Shown piece after piece: positions 37,808-46,216 of a DNA stretch of 56,663 nucleotides (positions are counted from its first letter, which is position 1; every line of letters begins with the position of its first letter). This stretch comes from a virus (lineage: Duplodnaviria; Caudoviricetes). A program made the translations under genes and the position numbers. Location: IMG/VR virus record IMGVR_UViG_3300032284_000958, positions 1 through 56,663 of that record. The stretch is one strand, 5' to 3'. The notes below the pieces were generated by a model. The model worked only from the letters and a program-made list of their open reading frames with translations. It did no database searches and was not told the origin of the DNA.

Positions 37808-39071
37808 ACAGATATCCTAACTCTGGTATAGCATCTAATATATTTTCATTTCTAATAGAATCTAATTGTGCAGTTTTAATTTTAAACTGTGACAAAAGAT
37901 TACTTCTGTCATCTGCCATCATAAAATTAATTGCACTTTCAAATCCAGTTGTTGCTCGTTTAAGGTGATCTTGGGGTTTAAGCCAATCAATATGTTCTAG
38001 GTATGCTTCTCGTATATCAACTTTATATTGATGTGGTAGCGCATCAATACGATAGTGTGGTGGGTCTTGTAGTATGTTAATATTTAAATCTTGTGGCTTT
38101 AGGAAACCACGGCTTACCCAATCACGATGGAAATGTGGAAGATGCAGTGCATTGAGTATGCTTAACGTAGGACTAATATAAAAATCAACACGTGGGCAAA
38201 TGTTTAACATTTGTTCACGATTCTTTTCAACCTGTGACCAATTAGTTCCTTTACGAATATACTCCGCATGTCTTCCCATAGCATCTAGACTTGCGCCTAC
38301 GCTCACACTATCAAACTCACGCCACAACTCCAACACATTTGTTTTCTTGTAGCTAAGCTGACTAAAATTAGTGTTGTATATTAGGCGAACATCAGTTCGA
38401 CCACGACGAATTAATTCATGTATTAGACGATAGTGTTCTTCCATAATAAGTGGCTCACCGCCAGCAAAGTAAACCTGTTCAAGATTGTCAATCTGTGGTT
38501 CAAGCTGATTCCAAATGTCATCTTCACTACGGCCAGCAAAGTTAATGCGAGTATTAGTGTATGCCCACTCAGGTCCAGCCAACTTAACTTGGTCATCATA
38601 CCAATTTGAACTAAAAATATGACCACAGCTACGACAACGAAGATTACAAAGATTGCTGAAACGAATATCCCAATAAATCATTTTCATAGGTGGCGTAGGA
38701 TTATCAGTTAGCGCAATATGATGACCAAAGTGTTTATTAGCACTCATTCGCATACTAAAGAAACCACTGTCCTCTTGTTCGTAACAGCGAGTGCAACCCT
38801 TTACTGATTCACCACTAAGCATCTTAGTTCTAACGTCGTGCATTGCCTCACTATCCCAAATCTCTTGAAGAGTTTGGTTACGAGTGTTGCCAATAGTCTC
38901 ACTCATTTCGGTGTTACAGCACGGATATGCTTCGCCAGTTGGAAACGCATGTAGATGAATCCACGGATACATGCAGAACGATTTATTTTCAAATATAAGT
39001 TCTTTATGCTTATCACTTAGCTCATCAACAGATATTTTAAGTGGCTCTTTACCATTATAATTATAAGCCAT
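37800..39071 (-). CDS. Radical SAM protein with N-terminal twitch domain (no. 3)
   Basis: CMYPW..CC..CTRC; CNLRCRSC; GGEPL; SLDA. Confidence 0.92.
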   Translation of the reverse strand: MAYNYNGKEPLKISVDELSDKHKELIFENKSFCMYPWIHLHAFPTGEAYPCCNTEMSETIGNTRNQTLQEIWDSEAMHDVRTKMLSGESVKGCTRCYEQEDSGFFSMRMSANKHFGHHIALTDNPTPPMKMIYWDIRFSNLCNLRCRSCGHIFSSNWYDDQVKLAGPEWAYTNTRINFAGRSEDDIWNQLEPQIDNLEQVYFAGGEPLIMEEHYRLIHELIRRGRTDVRLIYNTNFSQLSYKKTNVLELWREFDSVSVGASLDAMGRHAEYIRKGTNWSQVEKNREQMLNICPRVDFYISPTLSILNALHLPHFHRDWVSRGFLKPQDLNINILQDPPHYRIDALPHQYKVDIREAYLEHIDWLKPQDHLKRATTGFESAINFMMADDRSNLLSQFKIKTAQLDSIRNENILDAIPELGYLYE

Positions 39072-40428
39072 TATACCAATCTTTAAGTTCAGGAAACGTT
39101 TCTACAAAGTTCTTTCCACGGCGCACATCATACTGTTGATAGAAGTTCTTAAAATCTTTAAGAAGAACACTATGATTACTTGCACCTTCGTGTGGTGAGT
39201 CTGCTGTATTTAAGTATTCAATCACACGTTTAATATGTTGTATTTCCATATCATGTAGATAATACCCATCACTGTTACGTTCAAGAAATGCCTCTAATTG
39301 TTTCACACACTCTTGTTTCACAAAATCTGGCATGACCGTAGGGCTTTGGAAACTTGGGAAGCGTAGTATATTAAGACTAACGGTAACAACATCACGACCA
39401 TATGACTGCTTGAATGTGAGCATGTGTTCTAAGAACTGTGGAAGTTTAAGCAAGCACAATCCGTTAATAGTCGCCATCACGTGCAATTGCTTAACTGCTC
39501 CGCTCGCACGTAAGTGCAACATATTGTCAAACCAGCTACTATAATCTAACCCATCACGAATATATTCTGCTTGGTTGCCCCAGCTTTCGCAACTTGTGTA
39601 TATTTCTACACCGTTAATATCACGAATCTTATCAATGAACTCGTCAAGTTTTTCCGTAGTCGTACCAAGGTTACTGTTGATAGCAAGAGACGTATCACTC
39701 TTACCACGGTTTTCTTTGAACCAGTCGAGCAACTTCCATGTGTGACCACTCATTAACGGCTCACCGCCAGTGATGCGTAGCTCACGTAGTGTCTTGTGTA
39801 AGTCTGACTCCCACCACGCAAAGAAGGCTTCTACATATGGGTTCGTATCAGTGAAGCCATATAGCTGAGAAGCATCATGTAAATGGGTAAAATGATTGCG
39901 ACCATCGCTAACAAGGTCAGAGTATGGTCCATTATTTTTAATGTCCTTAACCCAAGTAGTACTAAAGGCGGGATTACAATAACTGCAAGCAAAGTTACAA
40001 GTTCTATCAAAGGCTATCTCCAACGTTCGTAGGTTTATATCTTTTGAAGGTGATGCAGCATATGCTTCATCAAGTTCTTCCTCACTATATATCTTACTTT
40101 TGTAAGGACGGTCACTGACAGCATTTGGTGAATTGTCTTCTATACGCCAGCAGTATTCACAACCTTGTGGTCGCTGTCCAGTTTGCATCATAAGACGTTC
40201 CACTTTTTTTTGGTCAGTGTTATGAATCGCACTAGGATTGTCGGCCAACTTATCAAGGGGAATAGCGTGTGGTAGAGGATGGTGACAGCTTGTAGTTTGT
40301 CCACTACCTAACCAGATAGTTGCATTATACCACTTGGCACCACAGAATGATGCACTCTTGGTATCAAGAACACGACTTTTATATTCTTGGTATGTCTCGT
40401 TAGGAAGTTTACTGGAGTTGTGTTTCAT
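39061..40428 (-). CDS. Radical SAM protein with N-terminal twitch domain (no. 2)
   Basis: CGAKW..SCHHP..CEYCW; CNFACSYC; GGEPL. The start is probably at 40428. Confidence 0.92.
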   Translation of the reverse strand: MKHNSSKLPNETYQEYKSRVLDTKSASFCGAKWYNATIWLGSGQTTSCHHPLPHAIPLDKLADNPSAIHNTDQKKVERLMMQTGQRPQGCEYCWRIEDNSPNAVSDRPYKSKIYSEEELDEAYAASPSKDINLRTLEIAFDRTCNFACSYCNPAFSTTWVKDIKNNGPYSDLVSDGRNHFTHLHDASQLYGFTDTNPYVEAFFAWWESDLHKTLRELRITGGEPLMSGHTWKLLDWFKENRGKSDTSLAINSNLGTTTEKLDEFIDKIRDINGVEIYTSCESWGNQAEYIRDGLDYSSWFDNMLHLRASGAVKQLHVMATINGLCLLKLPQFLEHMLTFKQSYGRDVVTVSLNILRFPSFQSPTVMPDFVKQECVKQLEAFLERNSDGYYLHDMEIQHIKRVIEYLNTADSPHEGASNHSVLLKDFKNFYQQYDVRRGKNFVETFPELKDWYNGL

Positions 40429-41860
40429 GGTCTGCCCAATACTTGCATTCATCCCACCATTCAATCATTTCTGGGAAAGTTTGCTTAAAATCTGTGCTAC
40501 GACGTTTATCATGTTCCATAAAGAAACGATAAAAATCTGCCTTTGTATGAATACTATTACCATTACGATGATGTCTCATCCAATCAACAACACGCTCTAC
40601 CTTGGCAATTTCATAATCTTTGAAACCGTTAAACCTTGTATCAAGTGTTTCAATCTGCGGACGCATCCAATCGGCGACACGCTCTAAACTCCATGCATAA
40701 CTTTCTGGTAGTATGTCGATACACTGCCATTTTGGTTCACGTAGTATAGGCGTATCAAACCAAACACGCTGATAAGTTGTGCTGTATTTTGCACGAAGTT
40801 CTGCTATCCATTGCAGCAATTCTTTAATGCTCGTAATGTTTAGTACATTCATTGTAATAATAAATGTTACACTGTTACGATATGGAATATCACGTAGGAA
40901 TCGTTCTACATTAGACTTCATTAATTTAAAATCTAATCCATAACGACCATATTCAGCACGTTCACTCCAACCGTCAATACTAACGAATTGCATAAAATGT
41001 TCAACACATTCATTACTACAAATCTTATCAACATAATTCATATACTTGTCAAATATTATTGACTCTTGACTGAAATTACTTGTTACGTTGACGTGTAAAT
41101 CTTTCTTAGGATTTTCAAGTATCCAATCAAATACACGATAGGTGTTGCGGTCCATGGTTGGCTCGCCGCCCGTCATGCGAAAGTGTTTTAATTCTGGGTA
41201 AAGTTCTGGCCACCACCGCCAGAACGCATCAACATAAGGATTATCCTCACGATTTGGTATAACTCGGCGAGACCCAGTAAAGTGAGTAGGACTATTGTGC
41301 TGATTGCTAGTAGGATAAGCACCGTATTCATTTATCTCCTTTGACCAACTACTACTAAACTGCGGAGAACAGTATGAGCAGCGTAGGTTACATACATTAC
41401 TGAAGTTAACCTCAACATAAGATGGTGTGACGTTCCATGTCATTGGGTCATTCATCACTATCTCTGTTAATTTACCCTCGGCCCAAGGTTCGCCACTACG
41501 ATAATGACGATCACTTAAGTTTCCAGTATCCTCAACTTTCCAACAATAGGAGCATTCTCGTGGTTTTACTCCACTCAACATTTCTAATCTAGCGATACGT
41601 TTTGTGCTAGTGTTATGTAGAGCACTTGGATTATCTACAATTTCACTTTGACTAATTGAATGAAGCGGCGGATGATAACAACTATTGGTTTGCCCAGTTG
41701 TTAAGTGTAGGCTAGTTTGCATCCACTTTGCTGCACATAGTGACGGTCCAAGACGTTCACGCATACGCTCTGCACTTGACATATAATCACTGTGTAGAAC
41801 TCCATCCTCATCAGGCGTGGCTACGTCACCAGAGTTGTTTAGCTGTTTCTCTAATGACAC
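40409..41860 (-). CDS. Radical SAM protein with N-terminal twitch domain (no. 1)
   Basis: CAAKW..SCYHP..CSYCW; CNLRCSYC; GGEPT; SIDG. Confidence 0.92.
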   Translation of the reverse strand: MSLEKQLNNSGDVATPDEDGVLHSDYMSSAERMRERLGPSLCAAKWMQTSLHLTTGQTNSCYHPPLHSISQSEIVDNPSALHNTSTKRIARLEMLSGVKPRECSYCWKVEDTGNLSDRHYRSGEPWAEGKLTEIVMNDPMTWNVTPSYVEVNFSNVCNLRCSYCSPQFSSSWSKEINEYGAYPTSNQHNSPTHFTGSRRVIPNREDNPYVDAFWRWWPELYPELKHFRMTGGEPTMDRNTYRVFDWILENPKKDLHVNVTSNFSQESIIFDKYMNYVDKICSNECVEHFMQFVSIDGWSERAEYGRYGLDFKLMKSNVERFLRDIPYRNSVTFIITMNVLNITSIKELLQWIAELRAKYSTTYQRVWFDTPILREPKWQCIDILPESYAWSLERVADWMRPQIETLDTRFNGFKDYEIAKVERVVDWMRHHRNGNSIHTKADFYRFFMEHDKRRSTDFKQTFPEMIEWWDECKYWADHETQLQ

Positions 41861-42764
41861 GGTTTACATCCCTCTCTGGTAACATGATATCAATGTTCTT
41901 ATACTGTCGTTGGTGATTCTTATACCATGAACTTGTTTCTGGCGTAAGGTTAACAATGTCTAAGTTTAAACGTTTTTTAAGAATATTACCATATGTTTCT
42001 GATTCTTTTAAACCATTGTCAATAGTTTCTAACCAAATGCTTTCTAGTTTATCAAAGTTACGAACCTCGGTATAATTCCAATCACTATCAAACATACACT
42101 TGTATGCGCCCTGACGTGCTCCTAAGATTGCCCACTTTCCATACTCAACATCAGCGCCAACAGAACACCAAACAATAAGATTCTCCCGATTACCACGCCA
42201 AGTAGCACTTTCAAACTCCTCTGGAGATGGTCGTCTCCCACGATCTAAACAAAGTTTAACACCCTCACGAAATCCTGCTTGCCATGCCTGTTGTGGAGAA
42301 GTATTAATATGTGTTGTTCCCCATACATCATGCATCGCCCAATAATGAGCATCAAAGCAAAACTCAACAGCAGTTTCATCACTGCCATTAGTTGCCTCAT
42401 GAGTTTTCATGTTATTAACAAAGTCTTTTGTCCAACTTGAAATACCACCATTGCCATAACACAATCCGTTAATAGCATTGATTGCTCGCCAACGAAATAC
42501 ACAATCACGATTTTCATCATTCAGACGTAACTGTTGATTGAAGAACTCTGGGTTAGGTTGATTGTCAGCATCAACTAATATAAACCTATCTGTCTCACTT
42601 AGAGCAGCCGCAGCTTTGTGTGCAGCATCACTACCCTCAACGCCATCTACACGCTTTGCCCATGGAGCAAAGGTGCGTAGGTATGACCAATTATGCTCAG
42701 CATTTGGTTCTTTATAACTTAAAAATATACAATCAAGGTCACTTATATCAACAATCTCAGTCAT
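41826..42764 (-). CDS. GT-A-fold glycosyltransferase-like protein
   Basis: IFLSYKEP, RVDGVEGSDAAHKAAA, DxD motif VDADN, YGNGG, AWQAGFREGVKL. Confidence 0.7.
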   Translation of the reverse strand: MTEIVDISDLDCIFLSYKEPNAEHNWSYLRTFAPWAKRVDGVEGSDAAHKAAAALSETDRFILVDADNQPNPEFFNQQLRLNDENRDCVFRWRAINAINGLCYGNGGISSWTKDFVNNMKTHEATNGSDETAVEFCFDAHYWAMHDVWGTTHINTSPQQAWQAGFREGVKLCLDRGRRPSPEEFESATWRGNRENLIVWCSVGADVEYGKWAILGARQGAYKCMFDSDWNYTEVRNFDKLESIWLETIDNGLKESETYGNILKKRLNLDIVNLTPETSSWYKNHQRQYKNIDIMLPERDVNRVIRETAKQLW

Positions 42765-42948
42765 CTTTTTTATCAGCAATCATAAATTGGTTATCTCCAA
42801 ATGATATTTTGGATTTTGGTTCTGGCGGTCGTATTTCTTGTTTAACTTCTGACATAGGTACGCAAGGAATTGTCATCTTAGCCAGTTCTATTTCAAACTC
42901 AGCCCACCATGCCTTGATTTCTTCTTCTGTTGGCGTATTCATATTCAT
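42757..42948 (-). CDS. Small hypothetical protein
   Basis: Fills the operon gap and overlaps both neighbours. Confidence 0.55.
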   Translation of the reverse strand: MNMNTPTEEEIKAWWAEFEIELAKMTIPCVPMSEVKQEIRPPEPKSKISFGDNQFMIADKKDD

Positions 42949-43759
42949 ATCTATCCAATAATTCGTCTGTTACAAAAGTTTTTTCTACATAATGTAATGG
43001 CATTCTTTGCTTATAATGTCCAATAGTAGGTATCATATCACTATGTAATTCAAATGGAACCGTTTGTGTCCAAGGGTATTGTCGTGATATGTCCTGCAAA
43101 TCATTTTTCATGTGAACAAACCCATCCATTGAAGTAGACAGTGGCAAATATAGTATTTGCACAGCTATCGCATATACTTCATCAGTGCGTGGAGTTTCAT
43201 ACCGACAATTAACAAGATAATGGTCACGATACCAATCCCAATCATCTATAATTGCACGAACAGTGTCATAGAATTGCTTAGTTCGCAGGTCATATGTAAA
43301 GTATGTCCACGCACTATAGATGTTTGGTAGAAACGTATCATCAAATATACGTCTCTGACTACGATTTGTTATTTCTTTATGATCATATGTATAAACCAGT
43401 TGGGTAAAATCCATAATCTTATGGGCCTTGTTCCACCAAGTAACAGCACAATCACCAGTAAACAACATGTCAGCTTCTGTTTTGATTGTTTGCTTATATG
43501 GACTTAGTGCAAATACCTGACATTCATTATGCATCTTGATTTTACTTGATGCAGCCATATCATTCTTTAATACAATAATATTGTCAAATACACTACGATG
43601 CTTATCTGTGACCTGTTCGGCAGTTTCTTTATCAACGATAACACTAAATCTAGAAAAGTTTGTTTGTGTTATATTGCAACTTAATGCTTGCAAGTATGCC
43701 ATGCGTAAGTAATCAATTGTATCCGTATTCTGAGCGATGCAGACATATCCCCGTGTCAT
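42899..43759 (-). CDS. GT8/mannosyltransferase-like GT-A protein
   Basis: GYVCIA..DY..MA, SPYKQTIKTEADMLF (ExD), TDEVYAIA. Confidence 0.6.
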   Translation of the reverse strand: MTRGYVCIAQNTDTIDYLRMAYLQALSCNITQTNFSRFSVIVDKETAEQVTDKHRSVFDNIIVLKNDMAASSKIKMHNECQVFALSPYKQTIKTEADMLFTGDCAVTWWNKAHKIMDFTQLVYTYDHKEITNRSQRRIFDDTFLPNIYSAWTYFTYDLRTKQFYDTVRAIIDDWDWYRDHYLVNCRYETPRTDEVYAIAVQILYLPLSTSMDGFVHMKNDLQDISRQYPWTQTVPFELHSDMIPTIGHYKQRMPLHYVEKTFVTDELLDRYEYEYANRRRNQGMVG

Positions 43760-44523
43760 AGTTGATCCTTATTCATTAGATGTAAATCTACGCTTTGCAG
43801 TCGGTTCTTGTATGGATTATCACCATTATATTGATAGATGAGTTTATTACCATCCCACGAAATATATTTGATGCTGCTGTTGCAATTAATAATAGGATAG
43901 TTCTGCAGTGCATATGATTTCATACCGTACCCACCCGCAAGATGACAAGCAATGCTAAAAATATAATCATTGCGAACAGGTCTAGGGTAGAACTCATATA
44001 GACTAGCGTAGTAATCATAGTTTTCTTTGACTAGATTGGCGATATCGAATATGAGTTTAGTCTCATCACACTTGTTAAAGATCATAACGGTTGCCCAGCA
44101 TACTGGAATGTGCGTTTGTCCCAATCGTTCTACACCAACTTTTCCAGTAATTGGATTATATACTTCACTAGAAATAAGAAAATCAGCACCGCTATTAACA
44201 TGTGGTAGAAGTGCGTCACTGTTTAAAAAATAATCACAATCAATTAGCAGTGTTCTATCATATGGTGTAATGTTATAAATGTTTGTGCGGTTAAGATTGT
44301 ACCAATCTACAGATTTCCCAGCATTAGGACGACGACGGTTATTCTCTGGTCTGTCCTGTATTATAATGTTGTGGGTAGTATCGAATTGTTTATCAGTGAT
44401 AATACTAACAGGCAAGCCTAGATACTTTACAACACGATCAGCAGCTTCATTTGCTAAACGTGTATAACTAAAATCTTCGGTATCATATGCCGATATTAGA
44501 CAACCACTAGAGTTTGTTGGCAT
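43756..44523 (-). CDS. GT8/mannosyltransferase-like GT-A protein
   Basis: SIITD, TPYDRTLLIDCDY (DxD), WATVMIF, RNDYIFSIA, H.MNK; paralog of the adjacent gene. Confidence 0.65.
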   Translation of the reverse strand: MPTNSSGCLISAYDTEDFSYTRLANEAADRVVKYLGLPVSIITDKQFDTTHNIIIQDRPENNRRRPNAGKSVDWYNLNRTNIYNITPYDRTLLIDCDYFLNSDALLPHVNSGADFLISSEVYNPITGKVGVERLGQTHIPVCWATVMIFNKCDETKLIFDIANLVKENYDYYASLYEFYPRPVRNDYIFSIACHLAGGYGMKSYALQNYPIINCNSSIKYISWDGNKLIYQYNGDNPYKNRLQSVDLHLMNKDQL

Positions 44524-44827
44524 TTCTTATCTGTGCCTGACTTTCGTATTCCTGCTGCCATTCATTCATAACTTCATAATATCGCATCTTGGCAATCTTG
44601 AGTAATTCACTAGCTACAATTTGTACAGGAACGCTATAATCATCTAGTATATAGATGGTATCTTCACCCCAAACTTGTAGAAATGACAGTAATTCACGTG
44701 TAATTGTAAATGCTCCACCAGCATGGCTGACAACCATACGGGAACTCATAGCAACAGCAATGTTTTTCTTAGCTAATTCACGGTCATATGCAGCACGTGC
44801 AGCATCTCGTAATTGTTCTGAAATCAT
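44507..44827 (-). CDS. Hypothetical protein, first gene of the glycosyltransferase/radical SAM operon
   Basis: 106 aa; overlaps the next gene. Confidence 0.7.
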   Translation of the reverse strand: MISEQLRDAARAAYDRELAKKNIAVAMSSRMVVSHAGGAFTITRELLSFLQVWGEDTIYILDDYSVPVQIVASELLKIAKMRYYEVMNEWQQEYESQAQIRNANKL

Positions 44828-44833
44828 ACGGTA

Positions 44834-44862
44834 ATTATAACAGATATATTATGTGCTGTCAA
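44834..44862 (-). promoter_or_regulatory. Consensus sigma70 promoter, leaderless
   Basis: The minus strand reads TTGACA-N17-TATAAT with a TG extension; the ATG is 6 nt after the -10 box. Confidence 0.8.
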
Positions 44863-45777
44863 TTATACTTGCGTATCAACAGTATTAACTGTTGTTATAG
44901 CACCCCAACTGTTTGACAAATAGGTCGTTTCTGGGTAATATATTATAGCTGCTGCACTTATTGAACCAATGATAGTATCATCGAATGTATCAGTAGCATT
45001 ATCAGTCAAAATTAAACTGAGTGTGATAATATTACCTCTATCGCCATTTGCACCTTGTGGTCCGTTACTGCTCAATTGAATAACAGCAGTGTTCAGTGTG
45101 TAGTCAGCTAAACTAGGGTTGTCTGCTAAACTTAACCAAGTTGTTGGTGTGGTTGTTAAATTGTAATAACCGCTTGTGCTAAGATATATTGATCTTTGAT
45201 ACCCTGTTCCATAATGACTAGAGGTTCTTGCACCAACATCCCAGTTATTAAATCCAGAAGTTAAAAAACTATTCCAGTATGTACTTTTAGTAGTTCCACT
45301 TAACGAGGTTCCAGTAAGATTTAAGTTTATGCGACCACCACTATTAAAGAAGTATCGTGCTGCATCTCCACTACTAAAAGTAAATGTCCACGTTTTTGTA
45401 GCAGTTGAAGACCACGTTGTAGAGTTAACTGCTGTATTGGCGGTAACCAGTGGCTGAGTTGCATAATATACTAATCTGTTAGTTTGCAAACTAGCAATAG
45501 CCGTATCAACCGTGCTCAGATAGGTGATAGTGGTACCAAAAGTAGGAGATGTTGGAATACCTGCTGTGCTATTAATTTGATGCTGTTGAATAGTCTGCAA
45601 TTTAGAGATTAGGGTTGCCCACTGAGTTGCAGTTACTATATCGCCTACGTTATTTGTAGAAATAGTAGTTTGGCCGTATCCAGTATCGCCAGAACCAGTG
45701 CCCAACAGTGTGTTGACACTGTTGACACGAAAGTTATAATCTGTTACTTGGATTAATCCGCCACTAGAATACGTCAT
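44863..45777 (-). CDS. Structural tail/baseplate protein
   Basis: Thr/Ser-rich; GYGQT, ARYFFNSGG; TAAATA at 45799. Confidence 0.65.
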   Translation of the reverse strand: MTYSSGGLIQVTDYNFRVNSVNTLLGTGSGDTGYGQTTISTNNVGDIVTATQWATLISKLQTIQQHQINSTAGIPTSPTFGTTITYLSTVDTAIASLQTNRLVYYATQPLVTANTAVNSTTWSSTATKTWTFTFSSGDAARYFFNSGGRINLNLTGTSLSGTTKSTYWNSFLTSGFNNWDVGARTSSHYGTGYQRSIYLSTSGYYNLTTTPTTWLSLADNPSLADYTLNTAVIQLSSNGPQGANGDRGNIITLSLILTDNATDTFDDTIIGSISAAAIIYYPETTYLSNSWGAITTVNTVDTQV

Positions 45778-45801
45778 TTAATATAAAATCCCACAGAATA
45801 T

Positions 45802-46200
45802 TTATCGTATTCCAACAGCCACTTCAATAAGTTGAACACTGTCATCTTCTATATCAAACATTGCTTTTCCAACTATGCAACCGTGAACAAACTTTTTTGG
45901 ATCAAGTTTCTGTCCTATACCTGGTTGATCGCTTGTAACAACACAATCACCTTTGGTAATTGGTCCTTTTACTTGGCAATTAACTCTACCAACAACAGCA
46001 AATGTTGAACATGGAAACCATCCAAAATTAGTAAGAGTTAATTCAGCATCGATATTTGGGTCAATTGCTATACCAGCAACTCGTGGATCGTGTGATGTTT
46101 TACTAATTTCAACATCACGACTTCCACCAAAAACTATAATATTGCCTGGAGATACATTGTCTCCATCAACTGTGTAGAAAGCAACAGATAAACTTGACAT
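45802..46200 (-). CDS. Stand-alone fiber chaperone-like (peptidase G2/IMC-like) domain
   Basis: Aligns with the last about 125 aa of 49436..53833 (VFGG..RVAG..GRV.C.V.GP..KG..VTS..GCI.GK..IE.AVG). AAGGA RBS before ATG 46200. Confidence 0.7.
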   Translation of the reverse strand: MSSLSVAFYTVDGDNVSPGNIIVFGGSRDVEISKTSHDPRVAGIAIDPNIDAELTLTNFGWFPCSTFAVVGRVNCQVKGPITKGDCVVTSDQPGIGQKLDPKKFVHGCIVGKAMFDIEDDSVQLIEVAVGIR

Positions 46201-46216
46201 ATTTTTTTCCTTTTTA

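Noticed and set aside
42757-42948. 63-aa ORF as a RiPP precursor for the radical SAM enzymes
   Set aside because: It has no leader/core pattern, and no RRE/PqqD domain, peptidase or transporter lies nearby. It cannot be fully excluded but is unsupported.
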